Source of the DNA: Felis catus
Taxonomy: Eukaryota
DNA: 64,000 nucleotides
Assembly (NCBI RefSeq): GCF_018350175.1
Contig: NC_058368.1
Coordinates: forward strand, 89,964,001-90,028,000
Direction of reading: 5' to 3'
The notes under the pieces were generated by a model that had not been told where the DNA came from, made no database searches, and saw only the letters and a program-made list of their open reading frames with translations. A program made the translations under genes and the position numbers. Below are positions 37,451-50,607 of this stretch, piece by piece. Position 1 is the first letter of the stretch. Each line of letters begins with the position of its first letter.

Positions 37451-39396
37451 CCTTGGCCAAGGCACTGACCCTCTGTTTTCCCCCAGGGAAAGTGGGGAAA
37501 TGTCTACCCTTTTGGACAGGATTGTTGTCAGGCTATGTGAATGTGTGTGAAAGTGCCTGGGCACGAGCTCAGGTTGATAGGTGGAAAATTGGGCGGGATA
37601 CTGCCCATGCTGATGTGAGTAGGGCACGAACCCCCTCCCCATCCACGCAGAGACCCCCATCCCCATGCTTCTCCAGTGCCTAGTCATTGCACATTCAGTG
37701 CCTAGCAGTGCCAGAGCGGCCCTGCCCACCTCCCCTACCACTCCCACCACCCAGAGCTCTGCTCTCCTGTCCCACCCATCTTCCCACCGCGCAGCCCCGT
37801 TTGCCTCAGGACCTTTGCACTTTCGTTTCCAATGCTTGGAGCTGTCTCCAGCGGCTTTGCACAGCTGGCTCCTTCTGGTCTTTCCTCTGGTCAGCTGTGT
37901 CTTTTTCTACAAGGCCTTCCTTGACTACTCTCTTTCTCCCCTTAGTCATTCTATCTCATTAATTTAATTTTCTTCTTAGTGTTCACTCTGGTTTGAAACG
38001 ATTCTATTTATTTATGTTTACTTTGTTTCCTCTGCAAGGAAGTAGCTTTATGAAAACAGGTAGTTGTCGGATTTGTCCACTGCTTCGTCCCCAGTACTTA
38101 GAAAGCGCACAGTAAGTACTCAGTGATATCAGTTCAATGAATGAATGAATGACCCTACCTGCTGTTGCTTCTGCTTTGTCAGTTTATTGAATGACTTCTA
38201 ACTAACTTGTGAAACCTGTAAGCAGATGGGAGCTTGTTCTCATTTAAAAGTCCTTGACCCCTTTATTTGGTAACTGTCAGAACAAGCTGTAATACAAATT
38301 TTGACATTTTTGTAATATTTTAGCTCTCATTTCCTTCCACACATTCAGGAGGCATTTGCTGAATTCTACGTTATCTAGGTCAGGCTTTCTGCTCGGCCTT
38401 GGGGACACAAAGGGAATAGCAACAGGGTCCCTTCCTCCTGAGAGTCCCAGTAGAGGAGGCAGACATGCAGACAGGTTAGTGCCAGGACAGTGTGATGATG
38501 CTTGTTGTAGTGGAGGTGCTGTGCCATGGCATGGAAAGGTGGAGGTGACAGGTGGCGCTGGAGTTGGGCCATGAAGGATTGTGAGAAATTTGCCAGGCAG
38601 GGAGAGGCACCGAAAGGGAAAGGGCAGGGTGAAGGAAGGACATCAGCCCAGTGTGGGGTCAGGAATCAGCCTGCAGGGCCAGGTGTAAAAGAGCATGGAG
38701 TGGTGGGGACCCTGGAAAACCAAACCTCACCCAGCAATTTTAAAAAAGAGGTCAGAACTCTACATTGCTTTCTGCTCTCCTGATTTTTAAATGCTGGCAA
38801 TTAATTATTAGCTGTAATAATTAATGCTCTGAACCATGTAAAATTCATTTAGTTCGGTTGCAGGATTGTCGATCTCCAGGGCAGGTTACGTAGGAGGCAA
38901 CAGCTGCAGTGAGCTGGAAACGTAGCCCCAGGCCAGCGAAGCTAGGCTCTGTTTGTCCATGTACTTCCACTTAATTTTCACTGGAGTCCTGTAAGTGGCA
39001 GCTGTGACACCCGTTTCTTCAGAGGAGTACATGGAGGCTCACAGAGTTCCAGCAGTCAGCTTCAAGGCAGATAGCTGGAAAGTGAAATTTGAACCCAGGT
39101 CTCCCCCAGCTAAGCGTCCTTTCCTGGGTGCCTCAACTCTGATGGTTCTCTTTTGGCTTTTAATTTGTTCTGAAAGCAAAACATCCAATCTAGAAGTTTT
39201 CCTTCACTTAATCCTTTTTTTTTTCTTTCAAAAGGATCCTGTGGGGTTAAAAAGAATCCTATTGTGGCATAGTCTTCTCTGGAGAGCTTTGATTTTCCTA
39301 AGGATTTAATTTTGGGGATGCCAGGACAGATGAAAATGTGTTTCAAATAAGTGTTAGAGGGCATATTCAATTTGTCGATTTAAAATAAAGAGTTCT

Positions 39397-39546
39397 TGGG
39401 GTGCCTGGCTGGCTCAGTCAGTTAGTTGAGCGTCCAACTTCGGCTCAGGTCATGACCTCACGGTCTGTGGGTTCAAGCTCCGAGCCTGGAGCCTGCTTCA
39501 GGTTCTGTGTTTCCCGCTCTCGCTCTGCCCCTCCCCACTCATGCTG

Positions 39547-39577
<31 letters not shown>

Positions 39578-39655
39578 GCTCCTCCCCACTCATGCTCTGT
39601 CCCTCTCTCTCTCTCTCTTTCTCAAAAATAAAAACATTAAAAAAATTTTTTTAAA
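39397..39655 (+). mobile_element. CAN-SINE with duplicated CT segment
   Basis: Head; ctccccactcatgct present twice; A tail. Confidence 0.88.
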
Positions 39656-39830
39656 TAAAGGGTTCTTAATTTTCTGGATAAAGACAAAGGCCAGATGAAG
39701 CAATTAACAGTAAAGCAGTCGTTTCTGTGATGCATAAGGTAAAACAGAAACCACATTTGGCAGCAGGACAGATATTTGTTATATACATATGTAGCTATAC
39801 TTCACTACTAGTTAAGAAGGTGACGTTTTT

Positions 39831-40052
39831 GGGGTGCCTGGGTGACACAGTCAGTTAAGCATCCGTCTTGGGCTCAGGTCATGATCTCATGGTTCGTGAG
39901 TTCAAGCCCTGCATCAGGCTCTGTGCTGACAGCTCAGGGCCTGGAACCTGCTTCAGATTCTCTGTCTCCTCTCTGCGCCTCCCCCACTCGCGCCCTGACT
40001 CTCTCTCAAAAATAAGTACATTAAAAAAAATTTTTTTTTAATGTATAAAAAA
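39831..40052 (+). mobile_element. CAN-SINE
   Basis: TSD aagaaggtgac. Confidence 0.9.
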
Positions 40053-40764
40053 AGAAGGTGACTTTTTAACATAATTTTCTTTGAGAATAATTAAATTCAT
40101 ACTTGACCTTTTGTGATTGTGTGAGCTAGTTTCAAGGTTAGTCTTTATTCTTACTGTTTATTATGAAAACTTTCAAACATATGCAAAATTAAACAATAGT
40201 ATCCAGCTTCCACAGTTATCAACTCCTGGCCCATCTTGTTCCACCCCAACCTCATCTACTTACACCCTCACACCCCCACCCATGTTATTTTCAAGCAAAT
40301 CCTAAATGTCATGTCATTCAATCCATGAATATTTCAATATATGTATCTAAAAGATAAGGACTCTTTTAAACTTGGAAATGCAATAATTCCTCAGTATAAT
40401 CAAATAACCAGTCAATATTCAAATTTCCAGATGTCCCATAAGTTTTATAGTTCTTTAACAGTTTGTTTATAGGAATCAGGATCTAGATAAGTTCCATACG
40501 TTATGATTGGTTGATACATCTTTTAAGTTTCTTTTAATCTGTAGATTCCCCCTTTATTTCTCTTCTTTTGTCTTCCTTGTAGTTTATTTGTTGAAGCAGT
40601 TGGTTGTTCTATACCATTTCCATAGTTGGGATTTTACTGGCTGCATCTCTGCAGTGTAATTTAATGTGTTTCTCTGTATCTCCTGAAAATTCACAGTGGG
40701 ATTAAGATGAGGCTTAATGCCCTAGAATCAGAATGCCCTAGGTGGGGTGCTGTCTTCCATCTCA

Positions 40765-40983
40765 TTAAAAAAAAATTTATTTTTACTGTTTACTATTCAT
40801 TTTTGAGAAAGAGAGAGTGAGAGAAGAAGGGGCAGAGAGAGAGGGAGACACAGAATCCAAAGCAGGCTCCAGGCTCCTAGCTGTCAGCACAGAGCCCAAC
40901 TCAGGGCTCGAATTCACGAACCACGTGATCATGACCTGAGCCGAAGTCGGATGCTCAACTGACTCAGCCACCCAGACACCCCC
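40765..40983 (-). mobile_element. CAN-SINE
   Basis: TSD tcttccatct. Confidence 0.9.
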
Positions 40984-41154
40984 ATCTTCCATCTAGAAGC
41001 AGTTAAAGCTGGCTGGCTCATGCTGCGATGTTAGCAGCTATTGAGGCTCAGTGTCTAGACCCATTGATTCATTAGGGGTTCTATTATTTGGGAGGCAAGT
41101 TTATATACCTTTTGCACAACAAGAGCTCATTTTTTTTAGGCATTTGTGGTTTAT

Positions 41155-41352
41155 TATTTTTTTAATGTTTATTTATTTTGGAGAGTGAGGGAGAGCAGGC
41201 GAGCAGGGGAGGGACAGAGAGAGGGAGACAGAAGATCTGAAGAAGGCTTCGCCCTATCAGTGCTAGGCTGGATTTGGGGCTCAAAACCATGAACCGTGAG
41301 ATCGACCTGAGCTGAAGTCCACACTTAACAGCCTGAGCGACCCAGGTGCCCC
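41155..41352 (-). mobile_element. CAN-SINE
   Basis: Reverse-strand head, CT tract and tail. Confidence 0.85.
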
Positions 41353-42809
41353 TTATATTGGCCTTTGAATTGCCGTTTAAAATATTTTTAATTGACACCT
41401 CAAATCCTCTTTGGAAAACGTTGGTGTATAAATTAATAGATATAAAAATAATGAGCAAGAGTAGTCACTGTTTTAACATAGGACTTTCCCATAACTAAGG
41501 AAGTTTGCTCAACATTTCAAGGTGAAATTCAACAAATTTGATTTTATTTAATTCATTTGGCCTTTTTTGTTTGTTGTTTTTTTGTTTGTTTGTTTTTTGG
41601 TCTCATAAAATAGTGTGCTCTCCCTCCCTGCCTCCAGCTAACTTTACATTAAAGTAAAAGACAGCAAAGACTATATACTCTGAAACTTTTCAGAAATAGT
41701 AAAACTAGATTCTAAGGATATGTAGTTACAAACAGGATAGTTGTTATTTCTTTCTTAAAAATGAGGCATTAATATTAATTCCCTTTATGTTAAATAGGTT
41801 CTTGCCTATTCTGAAATTAGAATTTGAAGTATTTTTATAAGTGAATTTTTTGGCTATTAGGAGAATGGACAGTGTGAACACATTTTAGTGGTATGCCAAA
41901 AGTTTGTCTTTCCATAGGCCAGGATAGAAGAAACTTGGGGATTTGTTTAAAAAACATTTTTATCTCCCCTCCCCCACAGCAATGCTAAGAGAAAGAATAA
42001 TTGAGAAAGAATGACTGGCTTTTAAAATAACTTCCTTTAAAAATTATGTCAGTGTGTGTGTATATGTATAGTTGTACAGAACTGTGATTTAATTTGTTAG
42101 ACTATTTAAGTATTTGTATATCTTAACCAATGCTGTCACTAGTTTGATTTTAGCATATCTAGGCCTGAACGTGCAGCCCACGTAATAAATCCACAAGCTC
42201 TGATTCTGTTTCATCAATTCTTAACTATGCTTTCAGAAACATAGCACACACATCCTATGAAGCAGATGTCTTCAAAAAATGTCCTGAAACATCATCTGCT
42301 GGTCACAGCCTAGAATGAAAAGTAAATTCTGTGCAGTTTGACCGAGATGCTCACCCACCATTGGCCATGTCATCAACTTTTGCATTTCCCAGATTTTAGT
42401 TCACATTTTCAGAATGCAAACGTTTATTTGGGGGAGCAGGAAACAGAATGGGTGTGGTAATACCTGTCCTAATGTCACCTGACATTGAGACCTTGCCCTG
42501 TGCTGGGCACTGTGCTCACTGTCCCCTGAGGGTGATTCTATGCTTATCCCTGTTTTACAGATGTGTGTAATCGCTGGTCTGAGATCATCCAGATAAGTGG
42601 TAGGCTCTTTGCCCTCTGACCCCAGAGTCCTAATCTGTGTTTTTTTAAAACAGATATCTTTTACTATGCTATTATGTGTCACAATTAAATATCTAAAAAG
42701 AAAATACAGAAATCCTAATCTAGACAGCTATTTTGACAATTCTTGTAAAAATATACACTCTGAATCTTAAGTCTGTATACTGTAATTTAGAAGAGAGTAA
42801 TACACATTT

Positions 42810-44895
42810 TTTTCTTTTTCCTTTTCGCTTCCTTCATCCATTTCTTTCCTACACCTAACCCCACCTTTGGCAACCACTAATCTGTTCTCTGGATTTATAA
42901 GGTTGGCAGTTTCATTTTGTTTTGTTTTTTATATCCCACATATAAGAGAGATCACACGATGTTTGTCTTTCTCTATCTGACTTACTTCACTTAGCATAAC
43001 ACCCTTGAGGTCTGTCCATATTGTCACAGATGGTAAGATTTCCTTCTCTTTTAGGCTGATTAATATTCCATTGTGTATGTAGACCACCTCTTCTTTATCC
43101 ACTCACCCACTGATGGACACTTAGGTTGTTTCCACGTCTTAGCTACTGTAACTAATCCTGCAGTGAGCATGCGGGCGCAACTATCTTTTCAAGTTGCACA
43201 ACTATCTTTTCACGTTAGTTTTTGTTTGCTTTGGATAAATATCCAGAAGTGGAATTACTGGACCATATGGTAGTTCTATTTTTAACTTTCTGAGGAACCT
43301 CCATACTGTTTTCCTTAGTAGCTGCATCAGTTTGCATTCCCACTGACAGTGCCCAAGTGCCCCTTTCTCCACATCCTCACCAACACTTGCTATCTCTTGC
43401 CTTTTTTATTTTAGCCATTGTAACAGGCGTGAGGTGATAATCTCGTGGCTTTGATTTGTGTTTCCCTAATGATTAATGATACTGAACATCTTCTTATGTA
43501 CCTGCTGGCCATCTGTATGTCTTCTTTGGAAAACTGTCTATTCAGATCTTCTGCCCATTTTTTAATATCAGATTGTTTGTTTGTTTTGCCATTGAGCTGT
43601 ATGAGTTTCTTACATATTTTGGATATTAGTCCCTTATCAGATACCTGATTTGCAAATATTTTTTTCCAGTTCCATAGTTTGCCTTTTATTTTGTTAATGG
43701 TTTTCTTTGCTGTGCAGAAGCTTTCTAGTTTGATGTAGCCCCTCTTGGTTTTTTGTTTTTGTTGCTTTTTGTATTTTTGTTTTTGTTGCTTTTACTTTTG
43801 GTGCCAGATTACAAAAATCCTCGTCAAGACCTATGTCAAGAAACTTACCGCCAATGTTTCCTTCTAGGAGTTTTGTGGTTTCAAGTCTTATGTTCAAGTC
43901 TTTAATCCGTTTTAACTTAGTTTTTGTGTATAGTGTAAGAGTGGTTGAGTTTTATTCTTTTGCATTTGGCTGTCCAGCTTTCCCACACCATTTATGGAAG
44001 AGACTGTCCTTTCCCCATTGTATATTATTGGCTCCTTTGTCACAAATTAATCAACCATATATATGTGGGTTTATTCTGGGCCCTCTGTTCTGTTCCATTG
44101 ATCTATATGTCTGTTTTTTTTAATATTCTTTAAAAAAAATTTTTTTTAATGTTTATTCATTTTTGAGAGAGAGAGAGACAGAACGCAAGCAGGGGAGGGG
44201 CAGAGAGAGAGGGAGACACAGAATCTGAAGCAGGCTCCAGGCTTCAAGCTGTCAGCACAGAGCCCGACGCGGGGCTCAAACTTACAAACTGTGAGATCAT
44301 GACCTGAGCCGAAGTTGGTCACCCAGCTGACTGAGCCACCCAGGTGCCTCTGTATGTCTGTTTTTATGCCAATACCGTAGTGTCTTAATTACTATAGCTT
44401 TGTAATATTTAATTACTATACCTTTGAGATCAGGAAGCGTGATGCCTCCAGCTGTGTTCTTCTTTCTTAAAATTGCTTTGGCCATTCAGAGTCTTCTGTA
44501 GTTGCACACAAGTTTTAGAATTATTTGTTCTATTTCGGTGAAAAATGCCACTGGAATTTTGATAGGGATTGCATTGAATCTTTAAATTGCCTTAGGTAGT
44601 GTGGACATTTTAACAATATTGATTTTTCCAATCCATGAACACAGAATATCTTTCCATTTATTTGTGTCTTTAACTTTTTTCATTAACGTCTTTTGGTTTT
44701 CAATGTAAAGGTCTTTTACCTCCATGTTTAAATTTATTCCTGTGTAGTTTATTCTTTTTGATACAATTGTGAGAACATCATTTAATTTCTCTGACAGTTT
44801 ATCAGCATATAGAAACACAAAATATTTTTGTGCATTAAGTTTGTATCCTGAACCATTATGAATTTGTTTATTCTAACAATTTTTGATGGAGTCTG
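42810..44895 (-). mobile_element. 5'-truncated L1 (ORF2 C-terminal part plus 3' UTR) with nested CAN-SINE (~44113-44349, -)
   Basis: Frameshifted ORF2-like peptides: [88 protein letters not shown]. Confidence 0.9.
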
Positions 44896-45479
44896 CCCAG
44901 GAGCCTGCCCTCCCACTTGAGAGTCCTCATGCTAACCACTGTACCACACTGCCCTACATTTATTCTTCTGCTTAGTTTTTCCTATAACAAATATTTACTG
45001 GGCACCCACTATGTAATTAGTAGAGGATTAGGAAATGAATCAGACGCATTTTCTGCCCTCAGGGACCTCACAGAGTAGAAGTAGAGGTAGACTTGCAATA
45101 AAATGAATATAGGTTGTGGTGCCAAAAACGGGGGCATGCCCAGCACAGCTTGAAGTTTCCTGTAGAGGAAAACTTTCAAGAGAAGCAGGTGCATGCACTA
45201 GATTTTGAAGGAAGATGAAGGTTGGCCAGGAGAACAAAATGGGGAGGAAAGTCATTTCAGGCAGATGGGGCAGCTCGGGAAGAGGCGTGGAAGAGGCAGT
45301 ATCTGGTGTGTCAGCTGGTCTCAGGTGATTCAGTATTGCCCAAGAGTGGGCCAGAGGTCCTGTGAACCCCTCTGCCTGCTAAAGATCAGAGTTTTACTCT
45401 CAAGGCAGTTGGTCACTATCCAAGGAGTTTAAACAGAAGAGCAGTATGATCACTGCATACGTTCAACAAATCTCTTTTT

Positions 45480-46340
45480 TAATTCCTTATTTGGAAATAA
45501 TTCTCCATTCATAAGAAATTGTAAAAATAGTACAGAGAGGTCCCATGCACCCTTCACCGAGTTTCCCCCATTGGTTGTCATTTACATACCCACAGTACAG
45601 TATCAAAGCCAGGGAAGTGGCATTGGTGCAGCGTATGGGTACAAATCTGTGTCCTTTTATCACATGGAGAGATTTGTACAAACACCACTACCACAGTCAA
45701 GATACAGAACTATTTCATCGTCCCAAAGTTCTCCCTTGTGCTACCCTTTATAACCACACCCCGCCCCCACTGCCCACCATTCATAACCCCTGGCAACCAC
45801 TAATCTGCTCCACAGCTCTATAATTTTGTCATTTCAAAAATGTTGTGTATGGGCACCTGGGTGGCTTAGTTGCATAAGCATCTGACTCCTGGTTTCGGCT
45901 CAGGTCATGATCTCACGGTCTGTGGGCTCAAGTCCTGCGTCAGGCTCTGCGCTGACAGTGCGGAGCCTGCTAGGGATTCTCTCTCTCCATCTCTCTGCCC
46001 CTCCCCCTCTCAAGCATGCATGCACACAACCACTCACGCACGCTCTCTCTCTCTCTCTCTCAAAATAAATAAACTGAAAAAAAAAAATGTTGTGTGAATG
46101 GAATTATACTGTATGGACCCTTTGAGATTGGCTTTTTTACTTAAGGATAATGCCCTGAAGATCCACCCAAGCTGTTGCATGTATCAGTAGTTGGTTCATT
46201 TCTACTACTGCCCCGTATTCCATGATATGGATGTACAGCACTTTGCCTAACTGTTAACCCACTGAAGGACACCTGGATTGTTTCCAGTTTTGAACTGTAG
46301 AAAATGTCACTGCTGTGAGCATTCATGTAAAGGTTTTCCT
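45480..46340 (-). mobile_element. Old L1 3' UTR fragment with nested CAN-SINE (45851-46087, +)
   Basis: cccctggcaaccactaatctg motif; SINE TSD aaaaatgttgtgt. Confidence 0.7.
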
Positions 46341-46713
46341 GGGGAAATGCCGTGTGAATAGTGGTTTGGAGGTAGCAGGAATGGAGGCTGGGAGAACACT
46401 TGGGCGGTTGCCCCATCAAGGGAAGACTTAGAACACCCCAACCAGAGCACTGGGAGTCAGGGCTGGGGAGGAGGAACAGACAGGCCCAGTGCCTCCAAGG
46501 GGCCCATGGGTTGGAATCCTTGACAGATCCTTCCTTAGGATCCACCCATGGATGATGTGATTACCAAACAACTAGTGGCTGTTCTTTATCATAGTAAGCA
46601 GTGTAGTTGAAGGACTGATGTCCAGAAGGATGGCTCTGAGATGTTGTAAGGTTCTTCATTATCAAAGAAAGATTGAGTTGTGCTCTGCCATTTTTATTAA
46701 GAATTAAAGAAGT

Positions 46714-46925
46714 GGGGAGGCGCCTGGATTGCTCTGTTTGTTGAGCGTCCGACTCTTGATTTCAGCTCAGGTCGTGATCTCAGGGTCATAAGATGAAGCC
46801 CTGTGTCAGGCTCTGCGCTGAGTGTGGAGCCTGCATAGGATCCTCTCTCTTCCTCTTCTCCTCTGTCCCTCCCGTGCTTACAAGCTCATTCACCCTATCT
46901 CTATCTCAAAAAAAAAAAAAAAAAA
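46714..46925 (+). mobile_element. CAN-SINE
   Basis: Head, CT tract and poly-A. Confidence 0.88.
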
Positions 46926-47702
46926 GCAAGGAAAAAGAACAATTTGATTAAAAATTTCAACAAGTATTGAAGCTAAGAGAAGGATTGTGAAACTCTGCTT
47001 TTAACCAGAGCAGTCAAATAATTTAACTATTGCATGTCCTGGGTATTCTGTACCATTAGCGTAGTTAAAGATTTTCTTGAGGCTGTGGATGACTGATTCA
47101 TTATCAGAAGAAAAATTGTCTTGGTGGAGTAAAGCCATCAGGATGAAGCATCCAGTCCTGTGTTTTCTCCTGGCCTGGTCCTGACCAGCCCTTGGACACA
47201 TCACTTCAGTTTCTAAATGCAGTTAGGGATGTTAATTAGAATGGAGTATTGGGAAGAACAAGAAGATTGTAGTCAGACACACCTAAATTCAGATCCAGGC
47301 TGTGCCACTTCCCAGCTGGGAATTTGGGCAACTTCCTCACTGTCTTCTAGCTCTCTTCCTTGTCTGCAGAGGGGGGACAGCACTGCTCACCTGACGAGCT
47401 GTTAGGGTGGTGTTTATAACTGTGGAGCTCAGAGTCCGGCCTACTCTTCTGCCTCCAGTCTCATCTGCCCCAAACCTTCCCGACTTTTAGGTCTTGGCTT
47501 TCCATTTCAAAGGTTTCATTTATTTTTTTTTTTAATGTGAAATGTGTGTGTGACTAAAAAGAATAAAAATAAAAAACAACAGAAAGTTGTAATGGGAAGA
47601 GTCAAAGTCTCATTTCCCACTGTGTGTCTGTACTTGCTAGTATACTCGTGTGTGCGTGTGCATGTGTGTGGGGCTGTGAATATTCACATTTACTACAGGC
47701 AC

Positions 47703-47932
47703 TTTTTTAATTAAAAAAAATTTTTTTTAATGTTTATTTTTTAAGAGAGCAAGAGAGAGGCAGAGCTCAAGCATGGGAGGGGCAGAGAGAGGGAGACAAA
47801 GAATTGGAAGCAGGCTCCATCCAGACTCTGAGCTGTCAGCACAGAGCCTGATGCAGGGCTCAAACTCATGAACCATGAGATCATGACCTGAGCCAAAGTC
47901 AGACCGTTAACTGACTGAGCCACCCAGGTGCC
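47703..47932 (-). mobile_element. CAN-SINE
   Basis: Reverse-strand head, CT tract and tail. Confidence 0.88.
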
Positions 47933-48747
47933 ACTACCATACACACTCTTTAACTTGCTTCATTTCCTTTGTTTCATCTTAAACATCATTCCTCATCAGT
48001 ACACAAAGTCCCTGCATTATTTTTAATGGCTTTTTTTGTGCTTTTATGCCATAGTTTACTCATTCCAAGTGTATGTTTTAGGTTATTTCTTGGTTTTTTG
48101 TTTTTTGGTTTTTTTTTTGGTTTTTTTGTTTGTTTGTTTTGCCCTATTATAAAAAGTGCTACAAACATTCTTGCACGAATGTCTTTGAACATTTGTACAT
48201 ATATATTTATCAGGTACAGTTAGGAGTCATGTGCATTTAAAATTTTCATTAGATGTTACATATTTTCCTCCCTAGAAATGTTTTGCCAACTTACAGGGCT
48301 CACCAGCATGTATGAGAATGCCTGTTCCCTCACACCTGGGTTGATACTGTGCACAAACTTGCACTCAGGTCTTGACTCATCCTGGAAACCTTCCTTTATA
48401 TCCATGTCCCACTCACACACTCCCTCTGCTCACTCACTGGCTGCTATCCCCACACTGCCCTTGGGCCCACTTCTACGTCTGCCCCTACGACACACTTCCC
48501 AGTAGTGTGACAATTATGCTCTTGGCGGTTTGAGGGAATGGACTGTCTGGTTAGTGCTCTCTCAACAATCCCTACCTTGTGCTTGGTGCGTAGGAGGCCC
48601 TCATGAGATATTGGGAGATCTCAGTGAATGGTAGCCGATGTCCCCACAAGACTTGGACGTAAATAGTATATTTACAGTAGTTGAACTGCTTATATTTAAA
48701 GGATTCTAGAGTTAGAAAATTTTTTTTAATATAAAGCTGTTTTGAAA

Positions 48748-48855
48748 TTTTTATTTATTTTTTTATTTTAAGTTGGCTCCGTGCCCAATGTGGGGCTTAA
48801 ACCACCCTGAGATCAAGAGTCATATGCTCTACTGACTGAGCCAGCCAGGCACCCC
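48748..48855 (-). mobile_element. Short CAN-SINE
   Basis: Reverse-strand tRNA-like head. Confidence 0.8.
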
Positions 48856-49019
48856 TAGAGAATTTTTTTTTAAAGGCATTTCTTATTCTAAACTCCAAAC
48901 AAAGTAGGAACATCCCTCCTACCCAACGTTTATCTGTAGAGTGGGTAGATTTTACTCTAGAATCCTGGAGGGGATTCTATAAGGGTCTTCAGTCTTAGAC
49001 AAATAGGGATTTTAGTAAG

Positions 49020-49209
49020 TTTTTTAAAATTTTTATTTGAGAGAGAGAGAGGGAGATGCAAGGGGAGAGGGAGAGAGAAAATCCCAAGCAGGCTCCATGC
49101 TGTCAGCACAAAGCCCAATCCGGGACTCGAACTCAGGAACCATGAGATCATGACCTAAACAGGAACCAAAAGCTGAATATTCAACCAACTGAGCTACCCA
49201 GGCGCCCCC
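49020..49209 (-). mobile_element. CAN-SINE
   Basis: 19-bp TSD agacaaatagggattttag. Confidence 0.92.
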
Positions 49210-49937
49210 AGACAAATAGGGATTTTAGATTAGAGCCTTTCATTCAACCAGGATTCATTGAAGCAGCATGGTAAAGTGGGAAGGGTATGGACGTGAGCCA
49301 GATGGCTTCATCAAAGGCTGTGCTGACTCCTTCCCCCTGGGCTCTGCCCACCACCCTGAGATCTGAAGAACCCAAGGAGCAGAGTGTGTCCCCCTAGAAG
49401 CTTTCTCAGTGGATCATTGGTGGGCATTGGACATTTCCTTAAGTTTATCAACATGTGAGAGGGAAGAAAGCCCCTCCCTGCCTTTGAGGTGCTACCAGCC
49501 TTGGGGGAGGGAGACATGGGCAGACCTGCAGAAACTGAGTAACAGCACAGCCTGGCTGGGGCTGCACAGCACAGAGCAGCGTGGGCGGAGACGGGATCCC
49601 ACTGCTTGGAGCTGAGGTACGGAACCAGCACCCACTGGTGAGGGAAGTGAAGGCAGTGCCTGTACCTCAGTGTGTTGATAATGTGGTTGTACGAAGAATT
49701 CTTATATAGTACTTCCCAATTTGTAAACTGTTTTCTAAAACCCAGCTGACATCCATTCTGTTGAAATATAATCTCAACAGTTGATTTCATTAATAGCTAA
49801 ATTACTTGGCTTTCTTGTGTGCTTTCTCATGTTCACAAAGCCCAAGTTTGACGGAGAAGATGGCTTTGACAGCTTCTCACTTAGGTAGCTTTTTCTGCCT
49901 ACTAAGGGCAACTTATTTTAATTTAAAAATTACTTTA

Positions 49938-50086
49938 GGGGCGCCTTTAGTCGGTTAAGAGTCTGACTTTGGCTCAGGTCATGATCTCACGGTTGGTGAG
50001 TTTGAGCCCCACATCAGGCTCCTCACTGACAGTGCAGAGCCTACTTGGGATTCCCTCTCTCTCCCTCTGCCTCTCTCTTCTCTTCT

Positions 50087-50130
<44 letters not shown>

Positions 50131-50168
50131 CCTCTCAAAATAAATAAATAAATAAACTTTAAAAAAAT
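49938..50168 (+). mobile_element. CAN-SINE
   Basis: TSD ttaaaaattacttta. Confidence 0.9.
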
Positions 50169-50567
50169 TAAAAATTACTTTAAATCTTGAGATGAAAATA
50201 TGTTAATTCTCTAACCTAATGATGTGACATTCTCCCCAAATTCACAAAAGCTAACCTAATCGTGTGCCAGTCAAAGTATAGGTTACAACAGCTGTAGCAG
50301 AGAGAGTTCCAGAGTTGCTCAACAAGGTTGAGATTAGTTTGTACCAGCCTGAGTGTGGGCAGGTGGACCAGAATGGGGGGCAGCTCTGGGCCACAAGGTC
50401 ATTCAGGACTCTGGCCAGTCGGCAGCTCTACCAGCTTCAACATGTGACTGCCATCTCTGGGTCTGTGACAGCTGTTCCCCCAGCCAGCAGCAAGGGAGAA
50501 AGATAAGTTGGACAGCAAGCAGCTTTTGAAAGAGAGAGAGAGAGAGAGGAAGGAAGAAAGATAACAA

Positions 50568-50607
50568 GATGGATGGATGGATGGATGGATGGATGGATGG
50601 ATGGATG
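50568..50607. repeat. (GGAT)n microsatellite, within a probable MLT1-type LTR remnant (~50260-50720)
   Basis: About 10 GATG units; flanking ggtcatctggccacacctggctgc resembles a MaLR LTR. Confidence 0.85.

Noticed and set aside
36259..37750. Long ORFs (350, 305, 245, 150 aa) on both strands
   Set aside because: They overlap the CpG island, where extreme GC content suppresses stop codons. The products are low-complexity Arg/Pro/Gly/Ala with no domain, and most lack a true ATG.
42140..42460. Possible extra 5' UTR exon in MAPK9 intron 1
   Set aside because: AG and GT candidates exist but the splice signals are weak and nothing else supports it without transcript data.
43694..44818. L1 ORF2-like peptides as an active retrotransposon gene
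   Set aside because: 5'-truncated, frameshifted and interrupted by a SINE.
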